This document shows, piece by piece, positions 28,438 to 41,331 of a DNA stretch of 64,000 nucleotides. The stretch is taken from NCBI GenBank assembly GCA_951406725.2, contig OX597818.1:33418001-33482000 (forward strand). Direction: 5' to 3'. A model generated the notes under the pieces. It saw only the letters and a list, made by a program, of their open reading frames with translations, was not told where the DNA came from and did not search any database. A program made the position numbers and the translations under genes. The stretch comes from Octopus vulgaris (taxonomy: Eukaryota). Numbering within the stretch: the stretch's first letter is position 1; every line of letters begins with the position of its first letter.

Positions 28438-28580
28438 TTCGGAATGGTCATATTGCCAGTTTAGCCAATAAAAACACACGCACTATATATTTGGTGTTAT
28501 TTTGCTTCAGTGATATTTATTTTTTACATTAATCTTAATCTTTATTGGCTAAACTGGCAATATGACCATTCCGAAATATA
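28434..28580. repeat. Inverted repeat, ~39-bp arms
   Basis: tttcggaatggtcatattgccagtttagccaataaa and its reverse complement at 28541-28580, next to (TA)n. Confidence 0.9.
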
Positions 28581-28656
28581 ACAATATCTGTTTCAACACA
28601 CGACTTCACATAAAAAATCTTGCACAACAAATATTTAAACGTATATATATATACTT

Positions 28657-28729
<73 letters not shown>

Positions 28730-29819
28730 CATGGTGAGGTCACTCTTAGTGCTAATGTGTGATCTAGCACAATCTGTCGCATAGTCGTCGGTGACTTAAC
28801 CGCTAGCCCTAATAAGCCTGTGCTCGGTATGGACGTAAAACCAAATGAGGATCATGATCTCACCTTAGGCAACGGAAAATTTTAAGGTGGAATTAAGACA
28901 CTCATTGTCTTTGTTTAGTTATCTTCGTATATATATGAATGTATCTTTGTGTCTTTATATTTCCCACCACCACCGTCGCTACCACCACCACCACCGTCGC
29001 TACCACCACCACCACCACCAATACGCGACTGGTTTTGGTCTATTTACGACCTCGTAAGTTAACGGTTTATTAAGAAAGCTGAATTCTCATGAACACAAGT
29101 ATACATCTGATGTGGTTAAAGCTTCAAATCCCCATTTCTAGCACAGTTTCCAGTGCATAACTTTTACAATATGGTCGTGTCTCTATTTCTTATATTCTTC
29201 CTGCGCCAAATTGAGGCATTCTGCCACAATATATGCCACTATTATTACTATTACTATTGCATTTACATCATCGTCGTCGTCAACATCGCTCCCTCCATAG
29301 AACAGAGCTAAAACTTATCGATTCTACATTGATGAATACTGATATTGCTACTTTAAAAACAACTGGAACAGTGGAAAATAAAATCTACAAAAGCCTCAAG
29401 TGATCGGATGTTCTTGTGGCTGCCCTATATAGTTTATGAACGACATTTAATTAGCGAAAAGCTGGTATCAGATTCTATTAGTGGAGATACACAAATATTT
29501 GTGTTTGGTAAAAGAATTCAAATTTATAAGTGCAAACACGATACATTTTCAAATACATATTTAGACCGGAGCTAAGAGTGTACTTTAAATTCGAAATGTA
29601 ATATGCTAAATTGATCAGTAAGAAAATATTGTAATTAACCTAATTTGTATTAATCATGGAAAAGGAATATGACCGATTCAGAGAATATTTATTTTCTTTG
29701 AAAGACATCTTATTGGTTTCTGATTTATACATCACTTTAGTTGGAACGAGATGGCAAAATCACGAGTGATGTACTTCATAATTTTACAATGACCTTAATA
29801 ACAGAATAAGATAAAAATG

Positions 29820-30083
29820 ATTGCATCGTGGAAGGTTTTTATAAGCCATTTAAGAAACACACAAAACAGTTAGATTCACTTCAACATTTAAGTTTAATTT
29901 GTCAAAATATTTTCGTCGCTTTGAGACCGCGACCTGTCCACTGACAAAGAAGTTTTGTCAGTGAACAGGTCGCGGTCTTAAAGCGACGAAAATATTTTGA
30001 CAAATTAAATTTTAAAATGTTGAAGTGAATCTAACGGTTTTTGTGTTTCTTAAATGGCTTATAAACACCTTCCACGCTGCAAT
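29820..30083. repeat. Near-perfect fold-back, ~130-bp arms, 5-nt loop
   Basis: 29820-29948 is the reverse complement of 29954-30083 with a few mismatches. Confidence 0.92.
29954..30004 (+). ncRNA. Minimal HHR, G3:C8 swapped variant
   Basis: tttgtca GTGAACA g gtcgc ggtcttaaa gcgac GAAA atat TT tgacaaa: 7-bp stem I, 5-bp stem II, palindromic AATATT. The mirror copy at 29898-29948 (-) has core GTGGACA. Confidence 0.7.
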
Positions 30084-30360
30084 TGTTTTCGTTCCAGCAC
30101 ACGATCTCAGATCAAGTCACTCGCTATGCTAGTACATCTTCGTAAAAATAAAAATGAAAATAAGGAAATATAAAGGTTAAAATTAGATTTATGGCGAGTA
30201 CTAAAAATATACTAAAACAAAACCATGTCTCTGTCTCTTAATGAAGCTGTAAATGTTGGCATGTCGTGCTTCATAAGATATTGTATAAACAAGTCTCTGC
30301 AACTGTGGTATAAGATTATTTCGGAGCATAAAATCCAGTAACGAATGTTTAAACAAACTA

Positions 30361-30725
30361 CAAAAAGAAGTTCGGGCCATGCATGTTTATTATTTTCCTA
30401 AACAGTATGCCAATCTTGATTTGAAAAGAATGGAAGAAAGTACACTTAGTGTTATTGAAATTGCTTTTAATAAAGGTTATAAGTATATTTCTATGAAGAT
30501 TTTGTCGAAATGTAAAAATAATTGTAATACGTGATTTAGAAAAAGAAGACCAAATAATGGCCAGTTTTATTGTTGATAAAGCATATATTACATTTGCTGG
30601 GGAGGTTTTTTGAAAAGATTAAGGGGGTTACGATGGGTGATAGTTGTAGCCCTTTGTTATCAAATGAATACTCGTGTTTATATGAATTCAATTTCCCTAA
30701 TAATCTGTACCGATACCTTACTGGG
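30361..30725 (+). pseudogene. Penelope-like element reverse transcriptase remnant
   Basis: DKAYITFAGEVF / EKIKGVTMGDSCSPLLSNEY...LYRYL corresponds to the PLE RT motif F.G..Y.Q..G..MG...SP..A.LY...RY.DD; frameshifted. Confidence 0.7.
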
Positions 30726-31235
30726 TCACAATCGTGCCCTGAGGTCGGACTAGACACGATTGTGAAGCCGTTCATCCAAATCGTCCCGTTCTCATGCAAA
30801 GTGTTAAACAATTAAGACCCTTTCTCCCAGCCTTAGTTAACGGTAACATGTGATTCATCCATATTAATCGTATGAACAGCGTTTGATGTCCCAGATATAT
30901 ATATATATATATATGATATCTTTGTAAGTCTTTGTGAAAAATTACTTAAAACAGTCTTTAGGTATTAAAAGGATTTTTAAAAAATTATTTTTTTTTAAGT
31001 TATAAAAGATCTTATCAGGGTGTCACAAACCTCTTTTGAAAGTGTGGGAGCACTTTCGATTAACCTCTGAGCACGTCTGTTTGAAAAGGTTAATTGAAAG
31101 CGCTCAGGCACTAGGAAAAACCTCTTTTGGAAGAGGATAGTAATATCCTAATAAAAGATTTCATATTTATATACACACGCACACACACACAAACACACAC
31201 ACATATGTATATAAACATACACGTATACATATATA

Positions 31236-31266
<31 letters not shown>

Positions 31267-31351
31267 TATTTTTACTTTTATTCTCTTATATCCCATTCCA
31301 TCCTTTCCTTAAATGACTCTATTATTTCCCTATATTTAACTCTCTCACATC

Positions 31352-31399
31352 GTCTCTGATGAAGGGATATCCTTAATATCCCAGAAACAGCTGTAAGAC
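31352..31399 (+). ncRNA. Minimal type I HHR, canonical core
   Basis: gtct CTGATGA a gggatat cctta atatccc a GAAA cagctg TA agac: palindromic stem III ACAGCTGT, GUA triplet. Confidence 0.8.
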
Positions 31400-31609
31400 T
31401 AACTTTCCCTTTATAAATTCCACACAGCCTTGGCTCTGTTCTCTCATTTTATTTAACATATACATGCTCATACAAGACCCGCATTAAACTTGTCATTTGT
31501 GTTATTATCGAATCGAGAGATAAATTACGGTCCTTACATAGCCTTATTTACCACCTTGGGTCTTCTGGATACCAATATTTCTCTATCATATATATTTTTA
31601 TTTTTTTAT

Positions 31610-32013
31610 TTTTATTTTACTTGTTTCAGTCGTTTGACTGCGGCCATGCTGGAGCACCGCCTTTAATCGAGCAGATCGACCCCGGGACTTATTCTTTTGT
31701 AAGCCCAGTACTTATTCTATCGGTCTCTTATGCCGAACCGCTAAGTGACGGGAACATAAACACACCAGCATCGGTTGTCAAGCAATGCTAGGAGGACAAA
31801 CACAGACACAAACACACACACGCATATATATATATATATACATATATACGACGGGCTTCTTTCAGTTAAGTCTACCAAATCCACTCACAAGGCTTTGGTC
31901 GGCCCGAGGCTATAGTAGAAGATACTTGCCCAAAGTGCCACGCAGTGGGACTGAACCCGGAACCATGTTGGTTGGTAAACAAGCTACCTATCCACACAGC
32001 CACTCCTGCGCCT
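31610..32013 (-). mobile_element. SINE family A, full length
   Basis: Minus strand ggcgcaggagtggctgtgtgg...ggttccgggttcagtccc...tail gactgaaacaagtaaaa. Confidence 0.88.
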
Positions 32014-32018
32014 ATATA

Positions 32019-32048
<30 letters not shown>

Positions 32049-32050
<2 letters not shown>

Positions 32051-32563
32051 CTTATAATTAAGGGCTAAAGAAGGTTATTCTAAAGCCAATACACTGATTT
32101 ATCCACTTATAATCCACTTGTTACAGGAAAATTGAACTGAAAGCGGGCAACTGACCTTTAGAAAATTTAAATTTCGTTATCTCTATCTTGAATCAATTTC
32201 GTAATTAATCCTATAAAGGAAACATTCTTCGTCAGTAGAGTTTACGAGGGAATATAAATAAAATACTCACATGCGATTATGGAAAAAGCAGAAGCTAAAA
32301 ACATAACTACATTTAAGTACATCATTTATATCTAAAAATAAAAATTCCTTGGTCAGTCTCAGAACGACGTGTTGACCTTTCGCCGCTACATATTGTAATG
32401 GTTACCGGTCCCCTTGTAACAAGCAGTGAGTTTACTACTAACAATATACGATGAAGTCCCTTTCTCTACAGAAAAAGGATTCCACCTGTAACAAGTGGAT
32501 TATAAGTGGGTAAATCAGTGTATTGGCTTTAGAATAACCTTCTTTAGCCCTTAATTATAAGAT
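32049..32563. repeat. Inverted repeat (79-bp arms) enclosing a decayed HHR at 32181-32240 (-)
   Basis: Arms at 32049-32127 and 32485-32563. Inner motif ctcta CTGACGA ... GAAA ttgattcaa GA tagag has lost U16.1. Confidence 0.8.
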
Positions 32564-32609
<46 letters not shown>

Positions 32610-32676
32610 TGATAAAACGGTAAGATAACAAAAGAAAGAAAGAGACCTCATGTTATGTAAATAGAGGAAATTCATC

Positions 32677-32882
32677 TATACGATAATATGTTACATTACT
32701 CGATAGTCAAGATAAAACTCTGAGTTTCAGATGCCGAAGTGGAAATCCACAACACCATCTCTTCGGTTATCTGGCTATTTTTTTTTTCATAGCGTTTGAG
32801 ATGGTGTTGTGGATTTCCACTTCGGCATCTGAAACTCAGAGTTTTATCTTGACTATCGAGTAATGTAACATATTATCGTATA
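32677..32882. repeat. Inverted repeat, ~85-bp arms
   Basis: Arms at 32677-32761 and 32798-32882, ending in microsatellite. Confidence 0.9.
32711..32771 (-). ncRNA. Type I HHR, U4C variant
   Basis: gataa CCGAAGA gatg..gtgga ttt ccac..catc t GAAA ctc a gag TT ttatc. Confidence 0.65.
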
Positions 32883-32889
32883 TATATAT

Positions 32890-32991
<102 letters not shown>

Positions 32992-33299
32992 GTATATGTT
33001 TGTATTTATGCATGTACATAAAATACGTATATGTACGAATATATATAAATATAGTCATGTATGTATGCGGGTGCTAGTAGTAGTGCGTTGTCCGTCAGCA
33101 TAGCACTTCTTTGAATGCTCCTCCAGTTTAGTCAGCCTAGTGGCAGTACCACCCGCTTTGCATCCGACAGTTAATTCATAGAATACGCGTGGGGTTCAAA
33201 ATTGGGATCGGCGGGCATGTGTCCATGTTATCGCAGAACTACATGAGTGCATAAATCTTTAATAAAAAATGTGGCACCAGGTGATAAGTTGATTAGCAA

Positions 33300-33457
33300 C
33301 CTATGGATGCGTTACGGGGACGTAAACACACCAACACAGATTGTCAAGCGGCGGCGGTTGGAGAACAAACACAAAGACTCTCACAAATACACTTACACAC
33401 ACGCACACACCCTCGCACACATACACATAGACATACATATATATGTATATGTGTGTA

Positions 33458-33488
<31 letters not shown>

Positions 33489-33656
33489 GTACCTTGGGCC
33501 TCTCTCTGTTCCCGTCTACCAAATGCACTGACAAGGGTTTGATCAGCCCGAGGCCTAAAGCAGAAGACACTTGAATAAAGTGCCATACAGTTGGTATGAA
33601 TCTTGAAACATATGGTTGCGAAGCAAGTTTCTTACTACACAAACACGCCTGCGCCT
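33300..33656 (-). mobile_element. SINE family A, diverged
   Basis: Similar to 31610-32013. Confidence 0.75.
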
Positions 33657-35937
33657 ATATATATATATGTGTGTGTGTGTGTATGTATGTATATATGTAT
33701 ATCTCTACATAGTGAGAGAGGACGTGCAGAAATTTTAGTCATTTAGGATGTATTTGTAGAAAGGTAATGGTATAAATAATCATTTGTCGTCATATATATC
33801 TTTCTATGTGTGTGTTTGTGAGTATGCTTTTCTATATGAGTCTGTATTTGTGATTGCCAGAATCCGAGATGTATGTGTGTGTATAACTATAAAATTTAGA
33901 AAACCAATTTGATCACATCTTATTTAAACATTGAACATTCATCTATACACAGACACACACTCACACAGAGAGAGAGGCACACATATGATGATACACATGT
34001 TAATTTCATCATGCAGTCATCAAGCATGTAGTGACTTGGATACACACACAGACGCGCAAACATTAAAACGCACTCTCAAACACAAATAGAGAAACACACA
34101 CAAACATGTAGACATACAAAATACTTGTAAACGCCATCTTAATTTTCTGTTAATAAAGATAAGGGAAACAAAAATTGCTCCCTACATGCAATTTTGCGCT
34201 CAATTTTCATATAAATAATCACAAATACTCAATTAATCATTGCACTTTTATATAGAAAGCAAACATCTCATAAATATACATATTCTCATTTGAATAAATA
34301 TATGTAATATATCATCATAAAATTTCTCCTTATTCAGATGCACATTAAATATTTAATGGAGTTAAATATGCCCTAGAACGAGAGGATGGAGAAGGTGCTA
34401 GTGTGAAAAAGAACTAAGTACCAGTTGCTGATGGAGGATGGGTATATACGATGGGTATGTGTAGTTATGAGTTGTTTAACGGTGGGGCTTTGCAGTCGAG
34501 GAAATGTAGATTGTATACTTGGTATGGTCTATGGAACCCTCAGTGTTACAGAAAGTCACAGAAGAGCCACCAGGAAATACATAGACGATGCTAAGAAAGA
34601 ATCTAGATGCCTTTCACTGGAAAGCGATGAGGGTGAGATCAGTAGATGTGTATTTGTCGAGCAACCTCCCTCGAATCGTCTGTATGACGGTCGGTGTATG
34701 CTGTAAGAACCGAAGCACCTAGTGACCACAGGATGCGTCACTCACAATGTGCCCAAATAAGATATCCTATATGTTGATGTCCCCCAACGTAATTATAGCA
34801 TACCACGTATACATACATCTACATACGATCCAGAACATTCATTCTTGTCAGCTTAGGAATGGAATTATTAAGTTACAACCTCGGTCCGAAGATTCGGACT
34901 GGTTCTAGAATATTATTTTATCTCTCATTTCTTTCTGGCTCTCCCTACACACTTTGTCACACTTTAATGACGGTGATGACATATATATATATATATATAA
35001 GAGTGGGAGTGTGTGTGTGTGAGAGAGAGAGAGAGTGGGAGAGTGTGGGAGAGAAAGAGAGGGATGAATTACATATATAGAGGAATTACAAAAGGAAATG
35101 CGCAAGATTCCATTATGTAAGTATCTGGAAATATACAGCGACGGAAAACACAACAATTTCCCTTTTACAAATGTGCACGGGACGATCCGAAATACTGAAA
35201 AGCAATGGAACTACATTTCATCAAAAAATTCTCTCTAAAATTGAATATTTGAAAGAAAAGAGGAGACAGTACATTTTATATTCTAAGTATAAATCAAAGT
35301 GGAGAAAAAGAAAGAAGGAAAAAGAAGGAACGAGGAAACAGAAAAAAAATACAAAGAAAAAGGAACAAAAGGAAAAAGAAAGAAGATACGAAGGGTAACA
35401 AAGAGAGAAAGGAAGCAAAAAGGTTCAGTGATGACCACACCACACTTCTTTTTATTTTTTTTTTCTTGAGGCGGTCACCATCCTTAAACCCACTTCAATA
35501 CAATTGTAAATGGCTAAATGAATAAATGAATGGTGAATAGAAACGGACATCCCCTTTCCTCTCCTGTTTTTCTCCCCTCCCTTTGCCTATTTGTCTATCT
35601 ATCTGTCTGTCTCACTATCTCTCTATCTATTTATCTATCAACCTATCTACCTACCTACCTATCTATCTATCTATCTATCTATCTATTTTTAAAAAATCAA
35701 AAACAATGTGCTCCTCTTCTAAGCAACCCCACCCAAAGAAAAAAAAATTGTTTTATATCAATGAACAAGCTGTTTATTCATTCAAAAAATTATATTTGAC
35801 AAGTTCGAGAAACGAACGAAAGCGCTATAATGAATAAATAACAATTTTTTTTTTCAAAATTCTGGTGACCTGTGTCTCTCTCTCTCTCTCTCACTCTTTC
35901 TGTCTCTCTCACTCTTTCTCTCTCTCTCACTCTTTCT

Positions 35938-36003
<66 letters not shown>

Positions 36004-36009
36004 ATATAT

Positions 36010-36746
36010 AACTCAGTTGGAGTGTCCACATCAACAATAAGGTCGATATAGCTCATAGAACGTGTTCCGGGTTCTTAAGAACCTTCCGGCCCAGTGAAAA
36101 AGATGTCATATTTCCACTTTTCTCCTCCTTTGTACGGCCACACCTTAAATACTGCTGCCCCTTGCGGTCTTCCCATACAAAATATCTCGAAAATTGAATC
36201 ATCCCAGAGGACACTCACTAATCGAATTAAGGACATGACTGATCTCGATTACTGGGATCGCCTTAAAGCCTTGAAGCTCTACTCTCTCTCGCCCCGCCGC
36301 GAGCGGTGCATCATTTGCACGATGTGGAGAATATACCGCCAGCATTGCCCAAACGACCTGAAAATTAGTTTCAAGGTTCACCCAATGCTTGGACCACGGG
36401 CCATAGTCCCCTGTCCAATTCAGGATCATAACAGATAGGTACACTGCGATACAATTTCTTTCTCTCAACAGGCTCTGCTCTGTTTAACATTGTCGCAAAA
36501 CTGATCAAAGAGGAAAATGATCCCATCACCTTTAAACGGAGTCTGGAAAATTTCTTCCAGGAGTACGAGATAAGCCACCCAACCCTGGATACAACTCACT
36601 CAACAAGAACTCACTAATTTAATGGACCATGATACCACAAATCTTAACTTTAAATGATTTAGATAGTCCTATCAGGTGGTGTTATTAAGTTAGACATGGC
36701 GAGGACCACACTTTGGTCGAAACATATCTAAGTTTTATCTAAGTTT
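36010..36746 (+). mobile_element. CR1/Jockey-group LINE 3' fragment
   Basis: KIESSQRTLTNRIKDMTDLDYWDRLKALKLYSL..RRER is a typical post-RT motif. The 3' UTR (cctatcaggtggtg...ttggtcgaaacatatctaag) is shared with 54803-55560. Confidence 0.75.
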
Positions 36747-36766
36747 ATATATATGTATGTATATAT

Positions 36767-37078
36767 GAGCAACAAAGACGTATGTGTGAATTCATTACGG
36801 CCGTTTTGAGCGAATTCTTTAATTTATCAATGAAAGCACTGCATCATCGCAAAGACTTTTTGGCAGTTTAGCAACAGAATCATGATATTGATTCATTGTA
36901 GATATTTGCTCTCCATTCTTGATATGAATATGTCTAAATATCTAACTTGTCCTTTATGCATGAGATCTATGCGGTCATCTGATGAAAACGACTTTGTAAT
37001 GACGCAATGCTTTCATTGATCAATTAAAGGAGTCGCTCGAAACGGCCGTAATGAACTGACACGCATTTTTGTTACTCA
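36767..37078. repeat. Diverged inverted repeat with HHR-like remnants
   Basis: Arms at ~36767-36857 and ~36990-37078 carry ttca TTGAT(A/C)A...ctc GAAA cggccg TA atgaa. Confidence 0.7.
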
Positions 37079-37362
37079 TTTATATTTTACTCGGCTACTC
37101 TGGAATCTATACCTCGGAGGTATTTGGAAAGTATCTTTATATAAAGCACATGTCTGAACAAACAAGAGCGGATTCATTCACTAAGTTGAGCCCTGTCATC
37201 TGCTTACATTGCATGAATATAGGGTGTAAAACCTGTATGTAGAGTTTGATACTCAATAATGTTTGAGTGTGCAAATAATTTCGTCCTAACAAGGTGCCTC
37301 AATTTAAATACCTAATTCAACTAGATCGAAATCACACTTTATGTATGTATATATATATATAT

Positions 37363-37428
<66 letters not shown>

Positions 37429-37537
37429 TGTGCGTGCATATATATATGTGTGTGTGTGTATTTGTAATATTTGTATATATATATATATATTATATATATA
37501 TATATATATTTGTAATAGGTGATACCATTGTAAGTTT

Positions 37538-37628
37538 TCTCCTGATGAAAAGATCATTGCCTTTGCATTTCCTTAATGGATCTTACATTGACGAAGTGAG
37601 GCAACATCCTTTGAAACGATCGCAGAGA
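37538..37628 (+). ncRNA. HHR with ~60-nt stem II; cleavage-site U mutated
   Basis: tctc CTGATGA aaagat..ttgcct...aggcaa catc cttt GAAA cgatcg CA gaga. Confidence 0.55.
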
Positions 37629-37816
37629 TGCAATTGAACTGACTTTTTTCTGATTATCACTTAGTCCTTTATTTTTTATATTTATGTTTCTATATTTTAT
37701 TTTCGTTTCACTGCCTTAAATTTATAGTCGCTCTTATTGTACATTAATTTAATTCATATATTTTTCTTCATTCGATTTCACTCGCATTACCCTTTGAAGT
37801 TTTGTCACCTTTTATT

Positions 37817-37876
<60 letters not shown>

Positions 37877-38144
37877 TATATTTTATACTATTGGGTTTTA
37901 CAATTCGGTGCCCTGATGTTTTAATATATATATATATATTTGATTTATAATAATGTGGGAATGTTATAAAGTTGTTTTAATCAATTAGAGCGTTTATTCA
38001 TTATACCTTTCAATTTATTTATCCTTTCGCTTGAGTGTCATCTGAGCACTTCCATCTGCAGTCCTATGTTTATCCTTCGGTTTAATAAAATTACTTTACG
38101 GTTTCACGAAGTTTAAAATTATCCTCATGTATTTGTAATATTTG

Positions 38145-38178
<34 letters not shown>

Positions 38179-39159
38179 GCATACATATATACATTTATAT
38201 ATGCGCGTGTTTTTGCATATATTGGTGTATGAGCATATACATATATATGTGTGCCTGTATGTGTGTGTGTGTGTTGTGTGTATGTGTGGTGTGCGTGTGT
38301 GTCTGTCCGTCTGTGCGTGTATGAGGTGGGGTGTTCAATTTTCAGGCTATACCAGTCGTGAGGTTGAGAATCGTTGCGGCATGAAACACATCATTCCTAC
38401 TGTGTCTCACTTCTTCCTTCCTTCCTTTTTTCTGTCTTTCTTCCTTCCTTTAAGTTTTTTTTTTATATATTGATATATTTCGACGAAAGAGAATATTATT
38501 GATTACCCTACCAAACGCATGAGTCCAAGTCAGTTCAAAGCGTCCTTGCATCACGTTGATGGATGCATTCATTTCAGAGTGATCCTGTCCTCTCCGGCCT
38601 CAGATAACGGAAAACATGAACGCTTTCAACTGAAAAACGCTGGACATTATGTTTGCATTTATACACATTACTGGTTAGCGATTCTGCTCCGTTCCTTTTT
38701 GAAGGTGAGCCACCGATTACTGCAAACAGTCATAGTACAATGATGTGTATGCAATAACACTTGTCAATTCGTAGCATTCGTCTTTCCGTTATCTGCTGCT
38801 GAAGAAGAGATAAACACTCCGAAAGGCATGCATCCATCTGTCCAGTAAGACAACCCTTCGATCTTGTGTTTTACACCTATTTTTCGACAACCCGAAATTT
38901 TCTCCATGGTACAATACAGTGAATGACTTTCTTCCGAGTTCGAATTTGAACCAAGCACATTTAAACTAGTAACAAGTATGTAGCTAGAGATATATGTGTA
39001 TGTGTGTACTTGTGTGTGTGATTGTGTGTAAGTAGGGTATGGTTATATTTGGTGATCTTTTACCAGTTAAAAGCAAGTACTATTCCTTTGATATTCACTT
39101 TAGTTTTATTATTATTTGTAGCTTATTAGTCTGTGAAAGTTATTTCGTCACACATTCTA

Positions 39160-39330
39160 TGACACCTGTTCCTTCTGCTATCCAGCACAACTGTGGATTA
39201 TGCAACAGAATGTGCAAGTCTTCGACCAAGCTCAAGAGTCATACAAGGGCCTCACATTGCATCATCGATGATTCATTTCAATGATTCTTTCTAACAATGA
39301 CTTTGTTCGTATACAAGAAAGCAGCCGCTA
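39160..39330 (+). mobile_element. Probable RTE LINE extreme 3' end with C2H2-type zinc finger
   Basis: CGLCNRMCKSSTKLKSHTRASH resembles the terminal C..C.R.C.S...L.SH.R finger of some RTE ORFs. Confidence 0.45.
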
Positions 39331-39333
39331 TTT

Positions 39334-39533
39334 ATACAGGGTAGGTCAAAATCATTTAATTCCAAGATTTATTTATTTTTAACAAGTCAATGAATTTAAT
39401 ACAAGCATATAAAAATGAAGCCTCATGAAAATTGTTCCAACTAAAGTCTTTGTTGAACGACATATGTTTCCATTCGAGTCAATCCAGAATTAAGGATAGT
39501 CTCTCTGTCGTGTGAATTTTGGCTAACTATGTA
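39334..39533 (-). mobile_element. Degenerate Tc1/mariner-type MITE
   Basis: tacagggtaggtcaaaatc / gaattttggctaactatgta form imperfect TIRs with TA ends. Confidence 0.4.
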
Positions 39534-39548
39534 TATATATATATATAT

Positions 39549-39715
39549 AAGGCACAGGAGTGGCTGTGTGGAAGGTAGCTTGCATACCAACCACATGGTT
39601 TCGTGTTCAAGTCCCACTGCGTGGCACCTTGAGCAAGTGCTTCTACTATAGACCCGGGTCGACCAAATCCCTGTGAGTGGATATGGTAGACGGAAACTGA
39701 AAGAAGCTCGTCGTA

Positions 39716-39767
<52 letters not shown>

Positions 39768-39934
39768 TACGACGAGCTTCTTTCAGTTTCCGTCTACCAT
39801 ATCCACTCACAGGGATTTGGTCGACTCGGGTCTATAGTAGAAGCACTTGCTCAAGGTGCCACGCAGTGGGACTTGAACACGAAACCATGTGGTTGGTATG
39901 CAAGCTAACTTCCACACAGCCACTCTTGTGCCTT
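39549..39934. mobile_element. Two SINE family A 5' halves as a palindrome around (TA)n
   Basis: 39549-39716 and its almost exact reverse complement at 39767-39934. Confidence 0.92.
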
Positions 39935-39994
39935 ATATATATATATATATACATATATAGATAAGAAAGTTGGTTTGTGAAAGCACGTGGTTGA

Positions 39995-40526
39995 ATATAT
40001 AGAAAATAGTAAAAAGTCAAAAACTACAGAAGGCTTAAGGTTAAAAAATATATATATTTGCGTCCAATATGTCTGAAGAATATTTAATTTTTTTTTTCCT
40101 TACAATGACATAGTTTAGAAGAAAGACCGGTTTCGCGTTTAGCTTTTCAAATTTCTTGCGACGTTATGTTTATGTTGAATAGAGTTATCGTTATGTTCAT
40201 GTTTGCTCAAGGTGCCACGCAGTGGGAAGGCACAGGAGTGGCTGTGTGGAAGGTAGCTTGCATACCAACCACATGGTTTCGTGTTCAAGTCCCACTGCGT
40301 GGCACCTTGAGCAAACATAAACATAAACATAACGATAACTCTATTCAACATAAACATAACGTCGCAAGAAATTTGAAAAGCTAAACGCGAAACCGGTCTT
40401 TCTTCTAAACTATGTCATTGTAAGGAAAAATTTTTTTAATATTCTTCAGACATATTGACGCAAATATATATATTTTTTAACCTTTAAGCCATCTGTAGTT
40501 TTTCACTTTTTACTATTTTCTATATA
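39995..40526. repeat. Fold-back, ~235-bp arms, with a SINE fragment at the centre
   Basis: Arms at 39995-40227 and 40290-40526. Confidence 0.9.
40366..40404 (+). ncRNA. Very minimal HHR, U3:A8 variant with one extra U
   Basis: aagaaa t TTGAAAA gc taaac gc GAAA ccgg TC tttctt. A mirror copy lies at 40119-40157 (-). Confidence 0.55.
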
Positions 40527-40774
40527 TATATATATCTGTCTTTCATATATATACAAGCATAATCAGGAACTTACCGAACTCGTCTCAACTTCGTTGAATT
40601 CCGAATTCCTCCAACGTTCATATGTCTGTACTTATGTATGTATATATGTATGCACGTATGTATGTACGAACTTTGTGTGCGTGTATATACGTATGTCTGT
40701 ATGTATGAAACTGTGTGTGCTTGCATCTATCTATCTACCTATTTATCTATCTATCTATATATTTATATATATAT

Positions 40775-40840
<66 letters not shown>

Positions 40841-41270
40841 ATGTATATATATATCCATGTATGTAATGATTATACGTCTATGTTCTTGTGTGTGTTTGTG
40901 TGTGTCGTTGCTTATTTGCTCTATGACCTAAACGGAATATCTAAGCAGACACGTTCGTTCCTTGTTTTTGCTTACTATTCTTTCTATATATTTTATTAGT
41001 CTGTGTACTTGTATGGATTTCTTAGACGTATCCACATACAGAATGTCAGTATTAATTTCCCAGAATATGTGTTCACAAATAAAAGTCATACATTTGGCGA
41101 ATGAAGCGATGCCCACCATATTTTCCTTCAGTTCTGTCTTGTTTGTACTTGTATCAGTTTATGATGATGATGGAGAGGAGGAGGATGTTTATGCTAGTAA
41201 TAATAGTATTAGTAGTTGTTGTTATTGTTATCGTTGTTGTTGTTGTAACAAGAAGATTAATATTATTACA

Positions 41271-41330
<60 letters not shown>

Positions 41331-41331
<1 letters not shown>

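Noticed and set aside
39186-39260. Host C2H2 zinc-finger gene exon
   Set aside because: Single finger without TGEKP linkers or evident splice context; better explained as a LINE terminus.
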